Part shown: positions 1-9,226 of the stretch, in pieces | Layout of the letters: every line of letters starts with the position of its first letter | How positions within the stretch are numbered: the first letter of the stretch is position 1 | NCBI GenBank assembly: GCA_965237955.1 | Contig: OZ250169.1 | Span: forward strand, 5,472,001-5,536,000 | Reading direction: 5' to 3' | Length of the DNA stretch: 64,000 bases | From: Candidatus Marinacidobacterales bacterium | GTDB lineage: Bacteria; Acidobacteriota; Vicinamibacteria; Marinacidobacterales; SMYC01 | Translations under genes and position numbers: made by a program | Notes under the pieces: generated by a model | Seen by the model: only the letters and a program-made list of their open reading frames with translations | Told to the model about the DNA's origin: nothing | The model's database searches: none

Positions 1-193
1 CTCGTTCTGTCCAAGAAATCAGGGGCGCAACACTCGCCGGCTGCTGGGTCCCTGCACGTAGTGCGACGCGAGTGGATCCCATCGAGGTGCGCAAGGCCGA
101 GTGACGAAAATCAGAAAAGCCCATCGATGATCGTGATGTCGCTCGTGTCGAGCTCGTCATGCGTGAAGTAGATCCGCCGCCCGTCGGCTGAGA

Positions 194-355
194 CTACGAG
201 ACATCGCTCGCGGCCACGGTGTAGATACCTGGTGGCACGTCGACGAAGGCGTGCTGTCCCTGGTCGTTGCTCGGCGTGGGGCGTGTCTGATTCGTTCCTT
301 CGTTCGTCAACGTCACGACGACGCCGTGGATGTTGAAACAGCTCAGCTTGGTCAA
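194..355 (-). pseudogene. Fragment of a carboxypeptidase-regulatory-like domain (N-terminus type of TonB-dependent receptors)
   Basis: Manual translation gives GVVVTLTNEGTNQTRPTPSNDQGQHAFVDVPPGIYTVAAS then stop; no credible start or remainder. Confidence 0.55.
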
Positions 356-456
356 TTCGCGCGGCCTCGTCGCGTTGAATCGTTTCCCTTCACCGCCTTG
401 AGCTTCAGGTCACGGCAGGCTAGATTGTGAGTATCGATTGTGACGGGGAGATCATC

Positions 457-1119
457 ATGCTGCTGGGAATTCTTCTTCTTGCGCTCACCACACCTGCCAC
501 CTCCCAAGAGGCCGACGGCGCTTTGGGTGGACTCGATCGTGCGACCGTAGAGAGAGTCATTGCCAACGTCTCCGAGGGGCGCTGGCCCCACATGTTTCAT
601 CTGGGAGGTCTGGGCGCTGGATTCGACGTTACGACGCCTTATATGAAAATCGCTATCGCCTCGGCCACTGCTCAGGGTCGCAATCGCACCTTCACCGCGG
701 ATAACGTCACTTCCGAAATGCTGACGTTCGATGTCTACGTGACGCCTCCCCCCAAATCCAGCGACGAAGCCATTCGTCAGTTCGTCGAGTACGAAGCGAA
801 CCATGAGAGCCACGGTCTGTTGAGCCACTGCGTGATAGCGCCCACCCATACCGAGGTCCTGAACGTGGTCGATGCCGTTGTCACCGGACCCCATGGCACG
901 GAGTTGGACGAGGTGTCGCTCGCCGAAACGAAGCCCTTGGACGTGAGGGTCGCGGATGCCGGAGCTCGAGCACCGGATTCAGCCGGTCGCTACGGCACCG
1001 GCTTGATCGTGACCATCCCTTTGGAGGCGGTTCGGCAGCGGGCGAACCTGCGAGTCTTATTTTCCAACGGTTCTCACGATGACTTGAAGTTGGAACCGGA
1101 GTGGCTCCGATCGCCGTAG
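457..1119 (+). CDS. Hypothetical secreted protein
   Basis: ORF 427..1119; ATG 457 follows GGGGAG; signal-peptide-like MLLGILLLALTTPATSQ. Confidence 0.6.
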   Translation: MLLGILLLALTTPATSQEADGALGGLDRATVERVIANVSEGRWPHMFHLGGLGAGFDVTTPYMKIAIASATAQGRNRTFTADNVTSEMLTFDVYVTPPPKSSDEAIRQFVEYEANHESHGLLSHCVIAPTHTEVLNVVDAVVTGPHGTELDEVSLAETKPLDVRVADAGARAPDSAGRYGTGLIVTIPLEAVRQRANLRVLFSNGSHDDLKLEPEWLRSP

Positions 1120-1500
1120 GCTCCGTTTCAGTCGCCACGAACCACTAGGTACTAGTTCGGCGTCTCCCATCAAAACGAAGGCGGCCCCCAATAGAAAGGG
1201 TGAGAAATAGCCGTTCTCGCTGTTTGTTCTTCGGATCAGCTCGATCTAGCTCATCGTTTCGTCTCAGCACACGGTCCAGGCCTACGATCCGAACGACGGC
1301 AAGGTTGTCACTCATCATTATTAATCCGGAGGAATACGCACGTAGCCACGCACCGCTGTCGGACACGGAGGCAGCGAAGCCAACGGCACGCCCCGGAAGC
1401 ATGTTTGGGCATGGCGAGGACGTCTGTCGGTGACGAGTTCAGGTGGTTCGAGAACTGGCCTTACCGCCACCGCTCATCTAGGCCCACTCGAGCTTTCTGC

Positions 1501-1659
1501 TCAAGCAGCCTCGCGCCATTCGTAGCGGTGGTGGAGTCCGCCCACACACGGTAGCGCAACCACCTTTGCCGTGGGTGACGGTCGCGGCATGATTGCTCTT
1601 GTGTTCGGGGTGTCTTTCTTGAGTCCCAAGTGGCAACGGTCCTCGTGGTAATAGCAGAT
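1501..1659 (-). pseudogene. 3' part of the integrase-core transposase interrupted by the RIT element
   Basis: Manual translation ICYYHEDRCHLGLKKDT (frameshift) ...KVVALPCVGGLHHRYEWREAA*, the typical C-terminus of the family at 3826..4722. Confidence 0.75.
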
Positions 1660-1763
1660 TTATGCCGAGTACCGGATTATGCCGCGTAGGGGTGGTGCGC
1701 GTTGGATCGATGCACGGTTGGCGCGTGTTTTGCGCGGTTGAAGGCATTCTCTACGCGGCATAA

Positions 1764-2321
1764 TCAAAGGCTCTCCAAGAAGGCGAGTAGCTGGTCCTGA
1801 GGGCGGAAGCGTCCAGGCCTTGTATTGGGCAGAGCGGTCTTTGCGAGCGCACGTTCCTTGATGGCGAGATCTGCGTGCAGATAGATCTGAGTGGTCTCGA
1901 CAGATTCGTGCCCAAGCCAAAGGGCGATGACGCTGGTGTCGACCCCAGCCTCGAGGAGCTGAACGGCGGTGGTGTGGCGCAGGACGTGGGGGGATACGTT
2001 TTTGTTGATGAGAGCCGGGCACTTCTTGCAAGCGGCGGCGGCGTGCTTTTTGACGAGCCGTTCGACGGCGTCGCGGCTCAGGACGCCGCCGCGACGGCTG
2101 GGGAACAGCGGCTCAGCTGGAGTTGCACGTTGTTGCTTAATCCAGTTTCGGAGAACCGCGACTGCCTGAGAAGTGAGAGGCGTAGAACGTTGCTTACGGC
2201 GCTTGCCTCGACAGCGGACGTGAGCAACAGATTCAAGAGAGATATCTTCGCACTTCAGCTGGATGAGCTCCGAGACACGAAGTCCGGTTTGGATCATCGT
2301 GAGCAGGAGCGCATGGTCTCG
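1764..2321 (-). pseudogene. Tyrosine recombinase (RitC-like), catalytic domain only, 5'-truncated by IS256
   Basis: TGLRVSEL, HVLRH, LGH and TQIY motifs; ends LLAFLESL immediately followed by TTATGCCG. Confidence 0.85.
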
Positions 2322-3768
2322 GGGAGGTGCCCCCACCATAGTTGAAGGTTCGAGGTGGTGGCGGCTCCTGACACATGGTTTACCCGACTTTGGCGTGCTT
2401 GTCGAGCGCTTGATTCTCAGTGACCTCCGCTAACTTCGCTTCGAGGATCGGTAGCGATTGGTATCCAATGATACGACGGAAATTTTTCTCCGTGGCGAGC
2501 AGAGCCGAAGCGGCCCATCTCAGAACCATCTTGCCATTGCGCCAGCGGGTGACGCGACGGGTACGACCTCGCGCACCGCTGAAGCACGACTCGATGATGT
2601 TCGTCGATCCAAGGCAGCGTTTCAGAGATGCGGGGAGGTCGAGCTCGTTGATGGTGAACATCTCGTCGAGCCCCTCCCGGATGCTCTCCGCCGCCGAGGG
2701 GTAGTCGTCCTCGAGCCACTTCGCCTGTTGCTCCAACCGCGCTTTGCCCTTCTTTGCTGGGAGCTGCCAGGCCGAACGCAGGCTCGCTTGCACTTGCGGC
2801 TTCAGCTCCTGCGGCAGATAACCGAGCACATTGCGCTCCTTGTGCTTCCTGCAACGCTGGACCTTGTTGTGGGTACCGAACACAGCGTCGACGGCGACCC
2901 GTAGCGCCTTGGAGCCATCGATCACGAACAGCCGACACCGCTCTGGGCTCAGGCCTCGTTCGACCAGGTCCTCCAGCAGCGCCTTGCACACTATCTGGTT
3001 CTCCGATGCTCCATCCCGAAGCCCCAGAACATGCTTGTATCCCTCTGTATCTACGCCGATTGCCGCCAGAGCGTGGTGCACGCCGAAGCGAATCCCGTCC
3101 AGATACACGACCGCGATCTCCAGCTCGTCCAGTGGACGCTCCATCAGCCCCTGCAACTGCTCCGCGCTTGCTTCCACGAACTCACGGCTCACCTCGCTCT
3201 TGCTAACCCCTACCGTCTCCGCCATCTCGGGAAGAACCGACGCGTACTTGCGCGTCGACACACCCAGCATCAGGATTTCCCAGATGCGTTGGCTCAGCCG
3301 AGACGAGTTGTTCACCGCTTCGTAGGCAGGAATCGCAACCTCCCCTCCCTCTGCCTTTCCCTTACGCCGCAGACGTGGCCGGCTCACTCTCAACTTCCGC
3401 TCCGCAAGGCTTACTACGCCACCCTGCCGGCCGTGCCAGCGAACATCGCTACCCTTCTTCCCCGGGTGTTTCTCCCCAGCCACACTTTGGGCTGACAGAT
3501 CCAAGACCGCTTCGATCGTCGCTCGGCCAGCAACGTCGATCACTTCGTCGATCGCTATCTCGGTTCGCTCAATCGCATCCAAGAACGGCAACAGAGCTTG
3601 CCCCTTCGAGCTCAGTATCTCTCGAAGCTTCTTCCTGTTCTTCGCATCGATGATTTGGTAATTTGACATCGTGGTGGCTCCTTTCTTTTTCCTTCACAGC
3701 CGGATTCTATCGAACCCGGCCTTAGGAGCCGCCACTCCTAACCTTCAACTATCTCAGGGGCATCTCCC
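2322..3768 (-). mobile_element. IS256-family insertion sequence
   Basis: Imperfect 29-bp IRs GGGAGGTGCCCCCACCATAGTTGAAGGTT / GGGAGATGCCCCTGAGATAGTTGAAGGTT; flanks are not duplicated. Confidence 0.9.
2380..3669 (-). CDS. IS256-family (Mutator) DDE transposase
   Basis: GVSTRKY, YLDG, VIDGSKAL, QRCRKHKERN and STNIIES motifs. Confidence 0.93.
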   Translation of the reverse strand: MSNYQIIDAKNRKKLREILSSKGQALLPFLDAIERTEIAIDEVIDVAGRATIEAVLDLSAQSVAGEKHPGKKGSDVRWHGRQGGVVSLAERKLRVSRPRLRRKGKAEGGEVAIPAYEAVNNSSRLSQRIWEILMLGVSTRKYASVLPEMAETVGVSKSEVSREFVEASAEQLQGLMERPLDELEIAVVYLDGIRFGVHHALAAIGVDTEGYKHVLGLRDGASENQIVCKALLEDLVERGLSPERCRLFVIDGSKALRVAVDAVFGTHNKVQRCRKHKERNVLGYLPQELKPQVQASLRSAWQLPAKKGKARLEQQAKWLEDDYPSAAESIREGLDEMFTINELDLPASLKRCLGSTNIIESCFSGARGRTRRVTRWRNGKMVLRWAASALLATEKNFRRIIGYQSLPILEAKLAEVTENQALDKHAKVG

Positions 3769-3796
3769 TCTACGCGGCATAATCCGGTAGTCGGCA

Positions 3797-3834
3797 TACA
3801 TCAGCTTATGCCGATATCGGCATAAGCTGATGTA
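3797..3834. repeat. Perfect 38-bp palindrome at the RIT/target junction
   Basis: TACATCAGC-TTATGCCGATATCGGCATAA-GCTGATGTA read directly. Confidence 0.95.
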
Positions 3835-4722
3835 AGACCGCATGAGTCGAACGAGATGACTCTCGCCGAGGACCATGATGTGCTCTAGGAGCTCGCGCCG
3901 ACAGCTGCGGATCCAGCGCTCGGCGGTTCCGTTTTGCCAAGGACTGCGAAAAGAAATACGGACCGGCTTTGTGCCCATCGCCTTGATGAACTCGACCACG
4001 GCGGAGCTGAAAATAGAGTCGCGGTCAAAGATGAGGTATCTCGGCGCGGTGTCGTAGGGAAACGCCGCACGTAGTTGCTGCATCACCCATGTCGCCGTCG
4101 GGTGGAACGTGGCGTTGAAGTGAACAATGTGTCGACGGCCGTGCTCGATGACGAAGAAGCCGTAGAGGAGCCGGAGCGACGCCGTCGGCACTGCGAACAG
4201 ATCCATCGCGGCGATGTCGTCCTTGTGGTTCCGCAAGAACGCAACCCAGCGCTTCACCTGATCGGGCTCAGCTGGGCGGCGCGGCAAGTAACGCGACACC
4301 GTCATCTCCGAGACGAGGAATCCGAGCTTCGTGAGCTCCGCGTGGATACGCGGCGCACCCCAGCCGTCTTGCGCCATCGTGCGGATGAGCCGACGAATCT
4401 CGGCATCAATCCGAGGCCGGCCCGGATAGCGCCTGCTTGAGATCCGGGTCCAGTATCGTCGGAATCGATCCCGATTCCACCGCGCGACCCTGTCGGCGTT
4501 GACGATGACCAAGCGGCTCGCCCACGCCGGCCACGAGCTTCGGAGCGCAACCCAGAAGCCCCGGTCGATGTCTCCGAGGAGTGGACGCGGCCGCTCCTTC
4601 TTGAGCGCCATCACTTGCTGCCGCAGCGCGAGGTTTTCCATCACGAGGTCGGCTCGGCGCCGACAGAGCGCGCGCAGCGCGCGAGCACCGAGTGAGACGA
4701 GGAAGATGAGAACACGGAGCAT
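3826..4722 (-). pseudogene. Integrase-core (rve-type DDE) transposase, 5' part
   Basis: ENLALRQQ, WGAPRIHAEL, YLIFDRDSIF and SPWQNGTAERW motifs; homology breaks at MRSYIS where the palindrome starts. Confidence 0.85.
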
Positions 4723-4997
4723 AGCGCCGGAGTGTCCTCCGCCTTCGGCGCGATCTCAAGCGCAGCACAGGGCGCTTTGGCGGAGTCGACAACGGCGCGT
4801 AAGTCTTTGATTTCACGGCCGGACGCATTCTGATGAGGGACAGCTGCTACTCCAGGTAGCCATACATATCAACATATAAATGACCCACTACATGCCTACA
4901 TATTGCACCCAAAATTCAGCCTCTCGGTGTCCATAAAGACGCGTAATCATTGGGGATTCACACTGTCAGTGGGTTCATTCGACTACGGAACTTCAGT

Positions 4998-5093
4998 TTA
5001 GTTCTCGGTAGGACTCCACCGTGGCCACGCTACCGCTACCGCGATCGTGTCCTTGTGAACATCCAGTCCGACGTATTCGCTATACTCTTCCAC
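4998..5093 (-). pseudogene. IS110-family recombinase N-terminal stub
   Basis: Manual translation VEEYSEYVGLDVHKDTIAVAVA then stop; AAGGAGG RBS upstream. Confidence 0.75.
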
Positions 5094-5277
5094 GGCCTGT
5101 CCTCCTTGCTTGTGGCTCTGTGCCTTCGTCTTCTACGAGTCGAAAGCTTAATCCACGCTCTCAAGGTTGGGCAGGCCTCAATACATAATGTCTATCCGTT
5201 ATATTCTAGTGATGAGCCCAGCTAATCTAAAAGAATTATACACGGCTATTTAGAGAGCAGAGCGTAAACCTTCGACT

Positions 5278-8200
5278 ATGATAAAAGGAAAAATGATGAG
5301 ATTTAAAACATTCTCAAAATCAACTCTCTTATTCACTATCTTTCTTGCAGCATTGTTAGTGATAGCGATAGCTGAGCCAGTAACCACTTATGCGAAAAAT
5401 AACGATACGAGCAGTAATATTGTTTATGATCCCGATCTATATGCTGCAATGAAATATCGCTTAATCGGGCCCCACCAAGGCGGGCGAGCTACCGCAGTGG
5501 AAGGGTTTCCGGACAAGCCGTTCACCTTTCTTATGGGAACGGTGGGCGGCGGTGTCTGGAAGACCACCGATGCTGGTGAGTCCTGGAACAATATTTCAGA
5601 TGGGTACATGAATGTCAGTTCCATGGGCGCGATTTCTGCCGCTCCATCCGACCACAATGTCATCTACGTTGGCACTGGTTCTACAGGTGTTCGTGGTTGT
5701 GTCTCTGTTGGCGATGGGGTCTACAAGTCGACTGATGGAGGCACAACATGGAAATACATTGGTCTTCCTGAGGTCGGGCAAGTTAATGTGATCAGGGTTC
5801 ACCCTGACAATCCAGACTTGGTTTATGTGACCGCGTTGGGACACATATTTGGACCAAATGAGGAACGCGGCATATATCGTACAAAGGATGGAGGGCAAAC
5901 GTGGGAGAAGGTGCTGTACGTGAGTGAGAAGACAGGAGCCATAGACCTGGTGGTGAGCCCGGATAATCCGCGAGAACTATATGCGGCTATGTGGAGGGCA
6001 GAGCGGAAGCCATGGACCATGATCAGTGGAGGTAATGAAGGAGGAATATACAAAACTACCGATGGAGGGGATACATGGGCCAAGTTGACAAATGGTATTC
6101 CGGAATATCCCATCGGAAGAATAGGCCTGGCGATTTCCAAGGCGAATCCAGATCGTGTATACGCACTCATCGAAGCCGCAGGATGGCTAGGAGGCCTTTA
6201 TCGGTCTGACGATAGGGGGGAGGAGTTTAACCTCATTAACCCAAGCAAGGATTTAATGGCTCGCCCCTGGTATTACATGCATGTTGATGCTGACCCCCAG
6301 AACGCAGACATTGTCTGGGTAAATAATGAACTTCTTTCACAATCTACTGATGGAGGTAAGACTTTTACGAGGGTAGGAACGCCGCATGACGACAATCACG
6401 ACATGTGGATAAACCCGGACAATCCGGCTCTGATGATCCAGTCAAATGACGGTGGTGTGAATATTACGTTTAACGGGGGGAGGACATGGAGTACACAGCA
6501 TAACCAGCCTACCGCTGAGCACTACACAGTGGCGGTAGACAACCAATTTCCTTACAGGGTTTACGCGCCTCAGCAGGACAACTCTACAATTAGTATTCCA
6601 AGCCGCATTATCGATGGGCCGCTTACACCCACTCAAACGTGGTATGGCGTTGCTGGTTGTGAGACCGGACCTATTGCTGTTGATCCGCGCGATCCAAACA
6701 TCATCTATGGAGGATGTAAGGGCAGAATCAGTCGACTTAATCTCAGGACCGGTCAGGAACGGCAAATCGCTGTATATCCTGAGGGTCTGCAATCCATGCC
6801 CAACGCAGAGATTAAGTACCGCTTCCAGTGGGAATCCCAGATTCTCATCTCCCCGCACAACCCGGACGTTATCTACCATCCATCTCACTTGGTACACAAG
6901 ACGACCAACCACGGTCAAAGCTGGGAGATCATAAGTCCTGACTTAACGAACTTCGAACAACACAGACATCTCCATGAGGATTTGCCCGGTGAGCCTATTA
7001 CCCATGACCAAACCGCAGTAGAGATCTATGGTGTTATTTTTGCTTTTGCCGAATCTCCACTTACTGAAGGCGAATTATGGGCTGGCAGCGATGATGGCTT
7101 GATTCATATCTCTCAAGATGGAGGCAGAATCTGGAACAATATTACACCTAACGGACTGGCGTTGCATAGCACAGTGGACAAAATTGTCGTGTCGAATCAC
7201 CAACCTGGCCGCGCTTTCGCAGCCGTACACCGTTACCGTATGGATGACTTTACTCCTTACTTTTACCGTACGGAGGATTATGGGCATTCCTGGAAGCTCT
7301 CAACCAGTGGCATCCCTGCAGGTCATCCACTCCGGTCCATAGCGGAAGATCCTGACCGCGAGGGATTAGTATATGCCGGTACAGAATTTGGGTTGTTTGT
7401 CTCGTTTGATAATGGTGACCACTGGCAATCACTTCAGCTCAACTTGCCGGTGACTCCTGTTATGGATTTGCAGGTGCATGAAAAGGATTTGGTTGTGGCA
7501 ACAATGGGCCGCTCAATATGGATATTGGATGATCTAACCCCTCTCCACCAGTTGACAGACGAAGTAGCAAATGCAGATATCCATCTCTTCAAGCCTCGCG
7601 ATGCCTATCGGCTGAGATTGAATCGTGGCCGAGCTGCCGCATCACGTTCGGCTGAGAACCCGCCTGACGGAGCCATGGTCTTCTATTATTTCAAAGCTGT
7701 ACCCGAAGATGAAGTCATACTTGAGGTTCTGGAATCGAGCGGCAAAGTCGTAAAGTCATCTTCCAGCAAAGACGAAGATGGTTTGCCTGTGAATAGAGGA
7801 ATGAACCGATTCGTGTGGAATCTTCGATATCCGGGTCCGTATGTGACGAAAGGCGTAGATGAAGGCCGCAGCAGACCTATTCGAGGTTACCTGGGAGAAA
7901 TCGCCGCCGTACCTGGGACATACAAGGTGAGACTTACGGTCGGTGAATGGAGCCACACGGAATCCCTTGAGGTTAAGAAGGATCCGCGTCTGGAAACAAC
8001 TCAAGCAGAGTTACAGGAACAGTTCGATCTTATGGTTGAGGTGAGAGACAAGATAACTGAAACCCAGAAGAGCGTCACAAAGATCATGTCAGTGCGCGAA
8101 CAGATAAACAATAAAGCTGAACGCGCAGCGAAGCCTGATCTAAAGCAGCTTGCGGAGTCTATCAGTGAGAAGCTTTCAATAGCCGAAAGGAAACTCTGCA

Positions 8201-8427
8201 TAACAGAGCACGGTTCAGACGAAGCTTTCTATGCAGGGATGACCCAAAGATTAGCTGTTTTGTACTCGGTTATCGTAGCGTCGGATCACAAGCCTATAGA
8301 TTCAGCCTATGAAAGATTTGAAGATTTGAAGAAAGTTTTATCTGTACATTTAGAGCAACTTAAGGAAATTTTCGAGGTCGACATCAAACAATTTAATGAT
8401 AGACTTTTGAAAAGTGGGATAGAATAA
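5278..8427 (+). CDS. Secreted VPS10/BNR (Asp-box) beta-propeller glycosyl-hydrolase-like protein
   Basis: Many S/TxDGGxTW Asp-boxes, RLIGP..GGR N-terminal motif, signal peptide; visibly AT-richer than the flanks. Confidence 0.85.
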   Translation: MIKGKMMRFKTFSKSTLLFTIFLAALLVIAIAEPVTTYAKNNDTSSNIVYDPDLYAAMKYRLIGPHQGGRATAVEGFPDKPFTFLMGTVGGGVWKTTDAGESWNNISDGYMNVSSMGAISAAPSDHNVIYVGTGSTGVRGCVSVGDGVYKSTDGGTTWKYIGLPEVGQVNVIRVHPDNPDLVYVTALGHIFGPNEERGIYRTKDGGQTWEKVLYVSEKTGAIDLVVSPDNPRELYAAMWRAERKPWTMISGGNEGGIYKTTDGGDTWAKLTNGIPEYPIGRIGLAISKANPDRVYALIEAAGWLGGLYRSDDRGEEFNLINPSKDLMARPWYYMHVDADPQNADIVWVNNELLSQSTDGGKTFTRVGTPHDDNHDMWINPDNPALMIQSNDGGVNITFNGGRTWSTQHNQPTAEHYTVAVDNQFPYRVYAPQQDNSTISIPSRIIDGPLTPTQTWYGVAGCETGPIAVDPRDPNIIYGGCKGRISRLNLRTGQERQIAVYPEGLQSMPNAEIKYRFQWESQILISPHNPDVIYHPSHLVHKTTNHGQSWEIISPDLTNFEQHRHLHEDLPGEPITHDQTAVEIYGVIFAFAESPLTEGELWAGSDDGLIHISQDGGRIWNNITPNGLALHSTVDKIVVSNHQPGRAFAAVHRYRMDDFTPYFYRTEDYGHSWKLSTSGIPAGHPLRSIAEDPDREGLVYAGTEFGLFVSFDNGDHWQSLQLNLPVTPVMDLQVHEKDLVVATMGRSIWILDDLTPLHQLTDEVANADIHLFKPRDAYRLRLNRGRAAASRSAENPPDGAMVFYYFKAVPEDEVILEVLESSGKVVKSSSSKDEDGLPVNRGMNRFVWNLRYPGPYVTKGVDEGRSRPIRGYLGEIAAVPGTYKVRLTVGEWSHTESLEVKKDPRLETTQAELQEQFDLMVEVRDKITETQKSVTKIMSVREQINNKAERAAKPDLKQLAESISEKLSIAERKLCITEHGSDEAFYAGMTQRLAVLYSVIVASDHKPIDSAYERFEDLKKVLSVHLEQLKEIFEVDIKQFNDRLLKSGIE

Positions 8428-8673
8428 ATTGAACGGCCAACGGTCGGAAGCTGTCTCGCCCATGGGGAGGCTGGTACCCCCCTTCAAATACGCTATCTGC
8501 GAAACGAAGCCAACGCCTGAACGAAAGGGGCGACGATCTAGCCCTCCTAGCAGTCATGTTGGCATCATCGGCCAAGTCTGCCACTCACCCACTGAACTTG
8601 ACAGCAATGGCACCGCCCGTGTGGGCGGAGGTCATCGGGGAGTGAACGAACTCCGTTCGTTCACTCGAAAGTA

Positions 8674-8947
8674 CCGCGCCGAAGTCTCCCACCAGCCGAC
8701 ACGGCAACGCGAGCGCCAAATGCGAAGGTTCAAATCTCCAGGTCAAGCGCAACGATTCTTGTCAGTGCACGGGCTCGTCCGAAACCTCTTCCACGTCGGC
8801 CGTCACCTGTTGCGAGCTGACCATCATCGGAAGTTACGAGGTCGCGCTTTCCTCACTTCGGATGCAGTAACGATCGCCGCCTAACTCGAGCAGAGACCAC
8901 AATCCGACGGTACCGGCTCGCTCGAGTAACGCCAACTTGACAGTACC
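8674..8947 (+). mobile_element. IS6-family remnant (transposase C-terminus plus right end)
   Basis: RAEVSHQPTRQRERQMRRFKSPGQAQRFLSVH; ends AACTTGACAGTACC at 8947. Confidence 0.75.
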
Positions 8948-9006
8948 GTCGAGAGCGCATAACTTTTGGAGTTCAAGCGCTTTGAATGTGACAACTCGAA
9001 ATAGGC

Positions 9007-9172
9007 TGCGTATTCCGGGGCATCGTGAACGCAGATTCCAGCCGAAGGTGAACATCCATTCCAAAGCATCGTGAACACGGATTCCGGGGATCGTGAACAT
9101 CGATTCCGGGGAAGGTGAACACGGATTCCAGGCAACGTGAACGCCGGTTCCGGCATCGCGAACGCTCATCGA
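9007..9172 (+). repeat. IS21 left-end array of about 7 contiguous ~22-bp repeats (GTGAAC..GATTCC), IstA binding sites
   Basis: Read directly; a shorter mirrored set lies at 11888-11964. Confidence 0.85.
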
Positions 9173-9226
9173 TAGTACGTTTCAAGGCAACTCTAGGTCG
9201 TACCCGGAAGGAGGACGATCTAGGAA

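Larger units (their letters stand above)
1660..3798 (-). mobile_element. RIT (recombinase in trio) element remnant
   Basis: Terminal inverted repeats TTATGCCGAGTACCGGATTATGCCGCGTAG (1660-1689) and the reverse complement of 3770-3798 differ at one base; a third TTATGCCGCGTAG site directly follows the recombinase stop (1751-1763). Confidence 0.8.

Noticed and set aside
1764-2339. Tyrosine recombinase as an integron or prophage integrase
   Set aside because: No IntI insertion, attC sites or phage genes; the flanking TTATGCCG repeats indicate a RIT element
8640-8666. Hairpin GAGTGAACGAAC-TCC-GTTCGTTCACTC as an ncRNA
   Set aside because: A single hairpin among IS6 debris; nothing else supports an RNA gene
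9007-9172. Regular ~22-bp repeat array resembling CRISPR or iterons
   Set aside because: No unique spacers and no cas genes; it lies inside the IS21 left end and is mirrored at the right end
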